DNA from: an uncultured Alcaligenaceae bacterium
GTDB lineage: Bacteria > Pseudomonadota > Gammaproteobacteria > Burkholderiales > Burkholderiaceae_B
Length of the DNA: 64,000 nucleotides
NCBI GenBank assembly: GCA_937908115.1
Contig: CALEQZ010000041.1
Location: 73,544-137,543 of the forward strand
Reading direction: 5' to 3'
Shown here: positions 46,628 to 55,410 of the stretch, in pieces
Numbering within the stretch: position 1 is the first letter of the stretch
Layout: every line of letters starts with the position of its first letter
The notes under the pieces: model-generated
Database searches by the model: none
Told to the model about the DNA's origin: nothing
Seen by the model: only the letters and a program-made list of their open reading frames with translations
Position numbers and translations under genes: made by a program

Positions 46628-47617
46628 ATGCAGCAGACCAAGGACCCCGCGGCCTGGACCCGGGAAAGCGTGGGCGGCAAGCCGGGGATTACGGTGACGC
46701 TTGAGGAGGCGCATCTCTCGGAGATCGAATCCATTCTGGCGCGCACCCGCGGGCGGGCGTTGCAGGAGATCGAGCGCGAGGACTTCGCCGCCCCCCAGCT
46801 CAACGCGCTGCTGGCCGGCGTGCGCAAGCTGCTGCTGCGAGGCCCGGGCGCGGTGCTCATCGACGGCGTGACGCCGGAGCGCTTCCGTCCCGAGGATTTC
46901 GAGAAAATCTTCTGGGGCGTCGGCACGCATCTGGGCCGGCCTGCGGTGCAGAGCATGCGCGGCGACCGGCTGGGCTATGTGCAGATGGAGACCGACACCA
47001 ACACGACCGGCCGGGGTTCGCGCAGTTCGGCCGAGCTGTATCCCCATACCGATGCCTTTGAGCTCGTCGGCCTGATGTGCGTGCGCAAGGCCGAGTCCGG
47101 TGGCCTCAGCCGCCTGGTCAGCGCGCTGGGCGTGCACAACGAGATCCTGCGCACGCGCCCGGAGCTGATGCCGGCGCTGTATCGCGGGTTTCCCCAGGCG
47201 GTCTTCGAGGCCAAGTTCTCGGCACAGCCGGTCACGCCCTACGACATCCCGGTGTTCTCCTGCGTGGAGGGCTACGTGAGCTGCCTGTACAGCCGGCTGT
47301 TCATCAACGCAGCGGCCGAGAAACTGGGGCGTCCCCTGCCCGACGACCTCGTCGAGGCGCTGGACTACTTCGAGCAATTGAACAACGGCGACGTCTACGG
47401 CATGGATTTCCTGCTGGAGCCCGGCGAGATGCTGTTCTGGAACAACTACGTGGTCCTGCACGCGCGCACCGCATTCAAGGACACGCCAGAGCATCGCCGG
47501 CTGCTGCTCAGGCTGTGGCTGGACGTGACCCCGGGCAGGCCGGTCGTCCCGCCGCTGGCCGCGCACGGAATGCTGTACGAGCGCCTCTACCGCGATGCCG
47601 CGGCGGCGCAAGCCTGA
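46628..47617 (+). CDS. TauD/TfdA-family Fe(II)/2-oxoglutarate-dependent dioxygenase
   Basis: In-frame ATG within ORF 46313..47617, 329 aa. It has the HxD facial-triad context LYPHTDAFE and a distal His in VVLHART. Confidence 0.88.
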   Translation: MQQTKDPAAWTRESVGGKPGITVTLEEAHLSEIESILARTRGRALQEIEREDFAAPQLNALLAGVRKLLLRGPGAVLIDGVTPERFRPEDFEKIFWGVGTHLGRPAVQSMRGDRLGYVQMETDTNTTGRGSRSSAELYPHTDAFELVGLMCVRKAESGGLSRLVSALGVHNEILRTRPELMPALYRGFPQAVFEAKFSAQPVTPYDIPVFSCVEGYVSCLYSRLFINAAAEKLGRPLPDDLVEALDYFEQLNNGDVYGMDFLLEPGEMLFWNNYVVLHARTAFKDTPEHRRLLLRLWLDVTPGRPVVPPLAAHGMLYERLYRDAAAAQA

Positions 47618-47627
47618 AGGAGCGCGC

Positions 47628-48416
47628 ATGGATACTGACCTGAAAAGCCGGCTGGATGCCGGCGTGCCCGTGGTGGGCTCGCTGGCTTTCCTGCCCAGCG
47701 CCGACCTCGTGGAGATCATGGCCCTGGCGGGATTCGATTTCGTCATCATCGACCAGGAGCACAGCCCCAAGAACTGGGAGACCGTCACCCACATGATCCG
47801 CGCGGCCAGCCTGCGCGGGGCGACGCCGCTGGTGCGTGTGCGCGAGAACGCCGAAAAGGACATACTCGGCGCGCTCGAATCCGGCGCCGGAGGCATCGTG
47901 GTGCCATTCGTCAATGATCCGGCCGACGTGCGCCGGGCCGTCGACGCCATGCGCTACCCGCCCGAAGGCCGGCGCGGCAGCTGCAGCGTCACCCGCGCCG
48001 CCGAATACGGCAGGCTGCGGCCCGTGTTCCTGGAGCATTGCCGGCAGGTCAACCGGCGTCTGCCGCTGTTCGCCCTGATCGAGGATGCCGCGGCGGTGCG
48101 CAACATCGATGCCATCGTATCGGCCGATACACGGCCGGACGTGCTGATGATAGGCCGCTCGGACCTGGCTTCGTCGCTGGGCCGGCCCGGGCAGGTCGAG
48201 GACCCGGAAGTCCTCGCCGCGACGCAGCGCGTCATCGAGGCCGCCCGCAATGCCACGCCCGCCATCCCGGTCTGCATGGTCGTCTACGGCGCGGACGAGG
48301 CGGCGCGCTGGCTCGGGGACGACTGCCGAGTGCTGTGCTATCCGTCGGACTCCGCGCTGTTCATGGGCGCCGCGCAGGCGGCCGTCGCCGCCATCCGGCA
48401 GGGCGCGGGGGCCTAG
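47628..48416 (+). CDS. HpcH/HpaI-family aldolase (second copy)
   Basis: Internal ATG of ORF 47595..48416. Supporting motifs are LPSADLVEIMALAGFDFVIIDQEHS, VVPFVNDPADVRRAV and YPPEGRRG. Confidence 0.88.
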   Translation: MDTDLKSRLDAGVPVVGSLAFLPSADLVEIMALAGFDFVIIDQEHSPKNWETVTHMIRAASLRGATPLVRVRENAEKDILGALESGAGGIVVPFVNDPADVRRAVDAMRYPPEGRRGSCSVTRAAEYGRLRPVFLEHCRQVNRRLPLFALIEDAAAVRNIDAIVSADTRPDVLMIGRSDLASSLGRPGQVEDPEVLAATQRVIEAARNATPAIPVCMVVYGADEAARWLGDDCRVLCYPSDSALFMGAAQAAVAAIRQGAGA

Positions 48417-49906
48417 GCGCCCGCCAGCGCGAGCAGCCGCCGCAGCACGCCGGGCAGCGCTTCGGCCAGGTCTTCGGCGATCAGCCCGGGGCCGGCCGCC
48501 TGGCCGCATTCGCCATGCAGCCATGCGGCCGCGCACGCCGCTTCGAAGGCGTCCATGCCTTGCGCCAGCAGGCCGCCGATGAAACCGGCCAGCACGTCGC
48601 CGGTCCCGCCGCTGGCCAGCCAGGCTGGCGCGTTGGCGTTGATGGCCGCACGGCCGTCGGGCGCGGCGATGACGGTGTCCGCGCCCTTGAGCAGCACCAC
48701 CGCCTTGCTGCGGGCCGCCGCCCGGCGGGCACGGGCCAGCTTGTCGCCGGAAGCGTCGAACAGCCGTGCGAACTCCCCCTCGTGAGGCGTCAGCACGCAG
48801 GGGGCCTGCACGGCGCGAAAGAGTTCATCCGGCGCGTCGGCAAAAGCGGTGATGGCGTCCGCGTCCAGCACGGTTGCCCGGCGCGCGCCCAGCGCCGCCA
48901 GCACACAGCGCCGCGTCTGCTCGCCGGTCCCTGCGCCCGGGCCGACGATGGCCGCATTCTTGCGCACGTCGGACAGCAGCGCCTGGAAGCCGGCCCATCC
49001 GTCGATGGGGCGCACGATCACGCTGGCCAGCGCAGCGGCGTAGACCGGCCAGGCCGCCGCGGGGGCGGCCAGCGTGACCAGGCCGGCGCCGGCGCGCTGC
49101 GCCGCCCGGGCAGCCAAGCGCGCCGCGCCGGTCATGGCCTCGCCGCCCAGCACCAAAGCGTGCCCGCGGCCGTACTTGTGGCCGTCGATCGCGGGCCACG
49201 GGTAACCCTGCAGCCAAAGTGCCGGGCCGTTTTCGAACGTGTCGGGCCCGACTTCTTGCAGCGCCTCGTCGGCAATCCCGATGTCCGCGATGACCAGCTC
49301 GCCGCACAGTTGGCGGCCCGGCATCAGCAAGTGCCCGGGCTGCTTGCGGAAAAAGGCCACCGTCACCTCGGCGGGTACCGCCACGCCGCGCACGTGTCCG
49401 GTGGCGCCGTCCAGCCCGCTGGGCACGTCCACCGCGCAGACCGGGATCTCGCGTTGCTTGACGGACTGCAGCATGGCCGCAGCGGTACCTTCGACTGGCC
49501 GGGACAGTCCGGCGCCGAATATCGCGTCGATGACCAGGCCGGCCCCGTCCAGCACATCCGGCGTAAAAGGATCGATGTCGCCGCGCCAGCGTGCCGCCAT
49601 GGCTGCGGCGTCCCCGGCCAGCCGTTCCACGCTGCCCAGCAGGGCCAACCGCACGGGCCAGCCGGCTGCGGCCAGGCAGCGCGCGGCCACGAACCCGTCG
49701 CCGCCATTGTTGCCCGGGCCGCATAGCACGACCGTCTGGCGAGGGGCCCAGCGCTCGCGCACGGCCTGCGCGACGGCACGGCCGGCCGCTTCCATCAGCG
49801 GCAGGGTGCCACCCAGCCTCCGGGCAGCGTGCCGGTCGGCATCCCGCATTTGGGCGGGAGTCAGTACGGCGCACACGCGCGGGTCCGTTTCAAAGGGCTC
49901 GGTCAT
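48413..49906 (-). CDS. nnr: bifunctional NAD(P)H-hydrate epimerase / ADP-dependent dehydratase
   Basis: 497 aa with an N-terminal YjeF_N domain (VLCGPGNNGGDGFVAAR) and a C-terminal carbohydrate-kinase-like domain (GGTGDVLAG). Confidence 0.9.
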   Translation of the reverse strand: MTEPFETDPRVCAVLTPAQMRDADRHAARRLGGTLPLMEAAGRAVAQAVRERWAPRQTVVLCGPGNNGGDGFVAARCLAAAGWPVRLALLGSVERLAGDAAAMAARWRGDIDPFTPDVLDGAGLVIDAIFGAGLSRPVEGTAAAMLQSVKQREIPVCAVDVPSGLDGATGHVRGVAVPAEVTVAFFRKQPGHLLMPGRQLCGELVIADIGIADEALQEVGPDTFENGPALWLQGYPWPAIDGHKYGRGHALVLGGEAMTGAARLAARAAQRAGAGLVTLAAPAAAWPVYAAALASVIVRPIDGWAGFQALLSDVRKNAAIVGPGAGTGEQTRRCVLAALGARRATVLDADAITAFADAPDELFRAVQAPCVLTPHEGEFARLFDASGDKLARARRAAARSKAVVLLKGADTVIAAPDGRAAINANAPAWLASGGTGDVLAGFIGGLLAQGMDAFEAACAAAWLHGECGQAAGPGLIAEDLAEALPGVLRRLLALAGA

Positions 49907-49922
49907 GGCCGGCCGGTCGCGC

Positions 49923-50897
49923 TCAGGTCTTGACGTTGCGGGGGCTGCCCGCCCAGAAGGCCTCGATGTTGTCGATCAGCTGGTCGGCCAGTGCCTGCAC
50001 CGCCTCGTCGCTTGCCCAGGCCACGTGCGGCGTGAGGATGAAGTTGGGTGCGTCGGCCAGCTGTTCGAACGGGTGCCCCGCCGGCGGCGGTTCCTGGCTG
50101 ACCACGTCGAAGCCGGCGCCAGCGATCTGGCCCGAGCGCAGCGCCTGGACCAGTGCCTGCTCGTCGACCAATCCGCCGCGCGCGGTATTGATCAGTAGGG
50201 GCTTGCGTGCCATCAGCGCGAATTCGCGCTCGCCGATGAGGTTGCGCGTCTGCGGCGTCAGCGGGCAATGCAGGGTGATGATGTCGCTTTGCCGCAGCAC
50301 CTCGTCGAGCGGCGTGTACAGCGAACCCATGCCTTCACGGCCTTTATGCGCGGCAAAGAGCACGCGCAGCCCCAGCGCCCGCCCGATGTCGGCGACCGCG
50401 CGGCCCAGCGCGCCGTCGCCGATGATGCCCAGCGTCGAGCCGCGCAGGTCCCGTATGGGGTAGTCGAAAAAACAGAATTGGCCCGCTTGTTGCCAGCGCC
50501 CGGCCTTGACCGCCTGATGGTAGGCGAACAGGCTGCGGCGCAGCGCGAAGATGAGCGCAAACGTATGCTCGGGGACGGTGTTGACCGCGTAGTTGCGGAT
50601 GTTGCTGACGACGATGCCGCGGCTGGCGCAGGCGGCCAGGTCGATGTTGTCGGTGCCCGTGGCAGCCACGGCGATCATCTTTAGGCGCCTGGCTGCGGCG
50701 ATCGTCGCGGCATCGAGCCGCACCTTGTTGACGATGACGATGTCGGCTTCGGCGATCCGTTCGGCGGCCTGATGCGGCGCCGTCGACCCGTATACCTCCA
50801 TCTCGTGCGCAAACCCCGGCGGGCGCAGCCGCGTCTGGGGAGAGATCGTATCCCGGTCGAGAAAGACGATCCGGGGGATGGAGGCATCGCGGGTCAT
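49923..50897 (-). CDS. D-isomer-specific 2-hydroxyacid dehydrogenase (glycerate dehydrogenase/hydroxypyruvate reductase-like)
   Basis: It has the NAD loop GIIGDGALGRAV, the catalytic context INTARGGLVDE, and TPHVAWAS. Confidence 0.9.
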   Translation of the reverse strand: MTRDASIPRIVFLDRDTISPQTRLRPPGFAHEMEVYGSTAPHQAAERIAEADIVIVNKVRLDAATIAAARRLKMIAVAATGTDNIDLAACASRGIVVSNIRNYAVNTVPEHTFALIFALRRSLFAYHQAVKAGRWQQAGQFCFFDYPIRDLRGSTLGIIGDGALGRAVADIGRALGLRVLFAAHKGREGMGSLYTPLDEVLRQSDIITLHCPLTPQTRNLIGEREFALMARKPLLINTARGGLVDEQALVQALRSGQIAGAGFDVVSQEPPPAGHPFEQLADAPNFILTPHVAWASDEAVQALADQLIDNIEAFWAGSPRNVKT

Positions 50898-50914
50898 GGT
50901 CGGGGCATTCCTCT

Positions 50915-51886
50915 TTACTGGGCCGTCAGGTAACCGGAAAGCTTGTCCACCGTTGCCTGCGCACGCTTGACCGTTTCGCCGAAGGCTTCGGGGGAATTGC
51001 CCACCGGCTGCAGCAGCAGCGGCTTGAGCACCTTCATCACTCCCGGATCCTGGCCGGCCAGGCGCATGCCGTCGGCGATCTTCTTGACGACGTCATCAGG
51101 CGTGGCCGACGGCACGAATATACCGTACCAGTTGCTTGTGAACTCGACTTCGCTCAAGCCCGATTCGCCGTAGGTCGGGACATCCGGGACCTCGGGCAGG
51201 CGATCGTCGCCCGACAGTGCCAAGATCTTCATCGAACCCGATTTGTGGTGCGGCAGCACCGAAGACAGGCCCGTGACCACCATCGTGACGTGGCCGCCGA
51301 TGATGTCGTTGACCGCGGCCGACGTGCCGGCGTAGCGGACGTTGGTCATCTTGTCCTTCAGGCCCATCTTTTCGACCAGGATGGTGCCGGCCAGCAGCGT
51401 GAAGGGTTCGCCGCTTGCCCAGCTGCAGTGTGCCTTGGCGTCGCCGCATGCGCGCTTGAGGTCGGCGATGGACTGGATGTCGGTGCCGCCCTTGACGACA
51501 ATGCCGGTCGGTCCCGACGCCAGCATGCTGACCGGCCGCAGCGCCGTCAGCGGATCTGCGTCCAGCGACTTGTGGATGTACTTCAGCGCGGCGATGGCAG
51601 GGATGGAAATCAGCAGCGTATAGCCGTCGGGGTTGGCGCGCATGACCTGGCGGGTGGCGATCATGCCGTCGGCGCCGGGCTTGTTTTCGACGATGACCGG
51701 TTGCTTCCAGTATTCGGACAGGAAGTTGGCGGTGGCCCGGGCGACGTTGTCGCTGCCGCCTCCGGGCGAATAGGGCACCACCAGCGTCACCGGCTTGTCG
51801 GGAAAGCCGGCTGCCTGTGCGGTGGCGGCGGCGCCGGCCAGCGCGAACGCCGGCACAAGGATGGCGGTCGATATCCAGTGTTTCAT
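50915..51886 (-). CDS. Bug/TctC-family periplasmic solute receptor (copy 6)
   Basis: It has a signal peptide and FPDKPVTLVVPYSPGGGSDNVAR. Confidence 0.9.
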   Translation of the reverse strand: MKHWISTAILVPAFALAGAAATAQAAGFPDKPVTLVVPYSPGGGSDNVARATANFLSEYWKQPVIVENKPGADGMIATRQVMRANPDGYTLLISIPAIAALKYIHKSLDADPLTALRPVSMLASGPTGIVVKGGTDIQSIADLKRACGDAKAHCSWASGEPFTLLAGTILVEKMGLKDKMTNVRYAGTSAAVNDIIGGHVTMVVTGLSSVLPHHKSGSMKILALSGDDRLPEVPDVPTYGESGLSEVEFTSNWYGIFVPSATPDDVVKKIADGMRLAGQDPGVMKVLKPLLLQPVGNSPEAFGETVKRAQATVDKLSGYLTAQ

Positions 51887-51960
51887 GAGTGTCTCCTTCT
51901 CTTCTCCGTTGATGGGGTGGCGGCCTGGCCGCCGCGGCGTATGTCCCTAGGGGTGGGAAC

Positions 51961-52833
51961 CTAGGCCGCGTACTTGGCTTCGGCGGCGGTGTACTGGTCC
52001 AGGCCGACGAACCGGTTGAACTCCTCGAAAGGCGTGAGCCGGTCGGCGATGGCATTGGTCGAACAGCCTTCGCGCAGGAAGGTTTCCATCATTTCCTTGA
52101 CCGCCTTGTGCATTGCCAGCATAGGCTCGACCGGGCATAGCGCAAAATCAAAGCCGATGTCATGGATCTCCTTCAGCGACAGGTATGGGCTCTTGCCTGA
52201 GCGCACCATGTTGAACAGGATGGGCTTGCCCAGCGGCTTGAGCGCGCGCACCAGTTCGCGCATCTGGTCGACGCTTTCCAGCGCGTCGGCGTACAGCCCG
52301 TCGGCGCCCACGGCGGCATAGGCCTTGAGCCGGTCAATCGCGTCAGACAGCCCGGTCACCGCAATGGCGTCGGTGCGCGCCACGACGAAAAAGTTGGGAT
52401 CGGTGCGCGCATCCAGCATCGCGCGCAGCTTTTGCTGCATTTCTTCCTTGGACACTAGCTGCTTGCTGGCGAAGTGGCCACATTTCTTGGGCACGGCCTG
52501 GTCTTCCAGGTGCAGTACCGATGCGCCGGCTTCCTGCCACAGCTGTATCGTGCGCTGCGCATCGAGCACGCCGCCGTAGCCGGTGTCGGCATCGGCAAAC
52601 ACCGGCACGCTGGTCACGCGGCAGATGCGGCGAATGTGTTCGAACATTTCGGTCTGCGACAACAGGCCGACGTCGGGCTTGCCGGCAACGGTGGCCGAGG
52701 CGACGAAGCCACTGACGTAGATGGCCGGCGCACCCGCCTGTTCGGCCAGCATGGCGGTCACGGCATCGTGCGCGCCCATGCATACGAAGGGCGGTTGCTT
52801 GAGCAGCTCTCGGAATTTTTCAGAACGGGTCAA
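51961..52833 (-). CDS. isocitrate lyase/PEP mutase-family enzyme (second copy)
   Basis: ORF 51961..52899. The preferred TTG start at 52833 is preceded by AGGAGA (52839..52844) and gives MTRSEKFRELL... Motifs are VFADADTGYGG, LHLEDQAVPKKCGH and VVARTDA. Confidence 0.85.
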   Translation of the reverse strand: MTRSEKFRELLKQPPFVCMGAHDAVTAMLAEQAGAPAIYVSGFVASATVAGKPDVGLLSQTEMFEHIRRICRVTSVPVFADADTGYGGVLDAQRTIQLWQEAGASVLHLEDQAVPKKCGHFASKQLVSKEEMQQKLRAMLDARTDPNFFVVARTDAIAVTGLSDAIDRLKAYAAVGADGLYADALESVDQMRELVRALKPLGKPILFNMVRSGKSPYLSLKEIHDIGFDFALCPVEPMLAMHKAVKEMMETFLREGCSTNAIADRLTPFEEFNRFVGLDQYTAAEAKYAA

Positions 52834-53016
52834 CGCCGTCTCCTGCAGTGAAAAAGGTGGAAGCTCACCGATGATATCGATAACATGATTGGCCGGCAAG
52901 GACGAGCGTCAGGGTACGTGTGGGGGCGAATGCTTGCACGGCTTGGCGTAGAATCCGGCGCCAACGATCGTCACGGGCAGCGTCCCGGACGACGGCAATG
53001 CCAAGGGGATGCGGCA

Positions 53017-54033
53017 GTGGGACGAAAATCGGCCGGTGCGGAAGTGTCGATGAAAGACGTGGCGCGTCTCGCCGGGGTGTCGGCGATGACCGTGTCGCGC
53101 GCGATGCGTGCACCTGATACCGTCGCGCCGGCCACGCTCGAGCGCGTGCGCCGCGCCATCGCGCAAAGCGGCTACGTACCCAACCGCGTGGCGGGCAGCC
53201 TGTCGTCGAACCGTACCACCCTGGTGGCGCTGATCGTGCCCAGCCTGCGCAACGCGCTGTACGCCGAAATGATCCAGGGCATGTCGGACGTGCTGATGAA
53301 GCACGACTTCCAGTTGATGATCTCCGACAGCGGTTATAGCCTGCAGCAGGAGGAAAAGCTGATCGCCGCCTATGTCGCGCAGCGCGTCTGCGGCATCGTG
53401 CTGCATAACACACGCCACACGCCGCAGGCCGTGCGCATCCTGAAAAACAGCGCGCTGACTTGCATCGAGACCGGCAACCTGGTTGCTAATCCCATCGACA
53501 TTTCGGTCAGCTTTTCCAATTACGCCGTGGGCGCGGCGATGGCCGAGCACTTGGCCGGATTGGGCTATCGGCGCATCGGTTTCGCCAGCCTGCCGGTGCG
53601 CGGCAACGAGCGGCTGCGCGAGCGGCGCAAGGGATTCCTGACGCGGCTGGCCAAGCTGGGCATCGCCGTGCGGCCGGAGCTGGTGCTGGAAGTCGGCCCG
53701 GGCCTGGAAAGCGGCTCGCGCGCGCTCGCCCGCATCGTCGAGACCGATCCCAAGGTCGACGCGGTGTTCTTCGCTGGCGACGTGCTGGCTGCCGGCGCGG
53801 TCTTCGAATGCCAGCGCAGGGGGTTGGATGTGCCGGGCCGCATCGCCGTGGCAGCCTCCGACGACAACGACTTGATGCAGCACATGATTCCGCCGCTGAC
53901 GACCGTGCGGTTTCCGCGCTACGAGATCGGCGTACGCAGCGCCGAACTCATCGTGGCTCGCGCCATGGGCCAGGAAGTCGGCGTGCGCACCGTCGACCTG
54001 GGCTTCGAAGTCATCCGGCGCGGCAGCACATAA
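53017..54033 (+). CDS. LacI-family transcriptional regulator
   Basis: The GTG at 53017 has AAGGGGA upstream, with an alternative ATG at 53050. It has HTH MKDVARLAGVSAMTVSRAMR plus a periplasmic-binding-protein-like domain. Confidence 0.88.
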   Translation: MGRKSAGAEVSMKDVARLAGVSAMTVSRAMRAPDTVAPATLERVRRAIAQSGYVPNRVAGSLSSNRTTLVALIVPSLRNALYAEMIQGMSDVLMKHDFQLMISDSGYSLQQEEKLIAAYVAQRVCGIVLHNTRHTPQAVRILKNSALTCIETGNLVANPIDISVSFSNYAVGAAMAEHLAGLGYRRIGFASLPVRGNERLRERRKGFLTRLAKLGIAVRPELVLEVGPGLESGSRALARIVETDPKVDAVFFAGDVLAAGAVFECQRRGLDVPGRIAVAASDDNDLMQHMIPPLTTVRFPRYEIGVRSAELIVARAMGQEVGVRTVDLGFEVIRRGST

Positions 54034-54213
54034 GCGTGCGCCGCCGGCCGGTGCCATGGGGTCCCCCGCCGGTGCCCTGTCCGCCGTGGCACGCGGCGGG
54101 CAGGGCATGGTTCTGCTGCGCATGAACCGTCTCCCTTTTTATTGTGGTGGTAGCGTTCCCATTGGGAATCGCACAGGATGATGGTAGCGATAACATCGGC
54201 CGCCCGCAAATCA

Positions 54214-54245
54214 GCGATTACCCGATGTGGCGATTACCCGATGTC
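54214..54245. repeat. 16-nt tandem direct repeat (2 copies)
   Basis: GCGATTACCCGATGTG / GCGATTACCCGATGTC are adjacent, in the convergent LacI/LysR intergenic region. A related GCGATAACATCGG lies at about 54187..54199. Confidence 0.6.
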
Positions 54246-54302
54246 GCGGCCTGCCTAGCGGCGCCGTGCGCGATCCAGCAGGCACCGTGCGCGAAGGCGG
54301 CG

Positions 54303-55190
54303 TTACGAGAAGGCCTGCCGCACCGCCTCGAAGGCGGCGCGGATCAGCGGCTCTTGCCGGCGCGAAGCCAGGCAGATGAACGACAACTCAGTGTGTATGG
54401 CCAGGCCGTCGACCAGCGCCAGTCCGCTGGCCTGGGATTCACGCAGCGCCACCGAGTCGCGCGCCAGCGACAGGCCGACGCCGGATCGCACCAGGTCCAG
54501 CATCGACGCTTCCTGGTCGACTTCGGCTACCGTGCAAGGGGTCACGCCCAGCGCGGCGAACTTTTCCGACAGCAGGCGATGGTGCACGGAGTCCTGAGGG
54601 GTCCAGATCCAAGGCAGCGCCGCGATGCGCCTCCAATCCATGCCTTGCACGCGGGCTCCCCAGCCCTTGGGGGCGATGACGCGGTAGGAAAACGGGGTCA
54701 GGGGCGTGGCGTGCAGTGCCGGCCGCCCTTTTGGCCGGTCCACGGGCCCCAGGAAAAACCCCGCATCCAGCTCACCGTCCCGGACCTGGCGCGCCACCCA
54801 GCCGGACATGCCGTGCGACAGCTGGGTGCGCACCTGCGGGTGGTGCGAGACCAAGTGCTGCAGGGTGCTGCCCAGCCGGATGAACTCGGGGTTCAGGATG
54901 GTGCCGATACGCAGCCGCCCGCGCAGGGCTTGGCCGAGCGCGCCTGCGTGGCGGTGAAATTCGTCCAGCGCATCCAGCACCCGTTCGGCCGCCGGCAGCG
55001 CCGCGCGCCCGTCATCGCTCAATTCCAGCCCGTGGGGCGTGCGGGAAAACAGCGTCAGCCCGAGGGATTCCTGCAACGCTTTGATTTGCAGGCTCAAGGC
55101 GGGCTGCGTCAGGTGCAGGCGCTGCGCCGCCCGGGTCAGGCTGCCCTCTCGGGCCACGGTGACGAAAGTGCGAAGGTGCTTGGTATCCAT
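54303..55190 (-). CDS. LysR-family transcriptional regulator
   Basis: It has the N-terminal HTH MDTKHLRTFVTVAREGSLTRAAQRLHLTQPALSLQIKALQESLG and is divergent from the GMC oxidoreductase gene. Confidence 0.92.
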   Translation of the reverse strand: MDTKHLRTFVTVAREGSLTRAAQRLHLTQPALSLQIKALQESLGLTLFSRTPHGLELSDDGRAALPAAERVLDALDEFHRHAGALGQALRGRLRIGTILNPEFIRLGSTLQHLVSHHPQVRTQLSHGMSGWVARQVRDGELDAGFFLGPVDRPKGRPALHATPLTPFSYRVIAPKGWGARVQGMDWRRIAALPWIWTPQDSVHHRLLSEKFAALGVTPCTVAEVDQEASMLDLVRSGVGLSLARDSVALRESQASGLALVDGLAIHTELSFICLASRRQEPLIRAAFEAVRQAFS

Positions 55191-55214
55191 GGCGCCGCCG
55201 GGACGGCTGCAGTG

Positions 55215-55227
55215 ATATCAGCGATAT
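55215..55227. promoter_or_regulatory. LysR-type T-N11-A-like palindrome
   Basis: ATATC-AGC-GATAT lies 25 nt upstream of the LysR start, in the divergent region toward the GMC gene. Confidence 0.3.
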
Positions 55228-55410
55228 TTATACCCTCCTTTTCGACAAGTCATTGGACAGCGCGCCGTTTCGGCGACAAAGTGTGCACCGCATCACCGCC
55301 GCCGCGGCGTCCCCTTGGGCCAGGGCCGGACCCGCAATAAGATTGCGCCAGGCTGCGACGGCAAACACCGTCAACGCCCCGTGCGCGGGCCATGCAGGAA
55401 GAAAAAAGCC

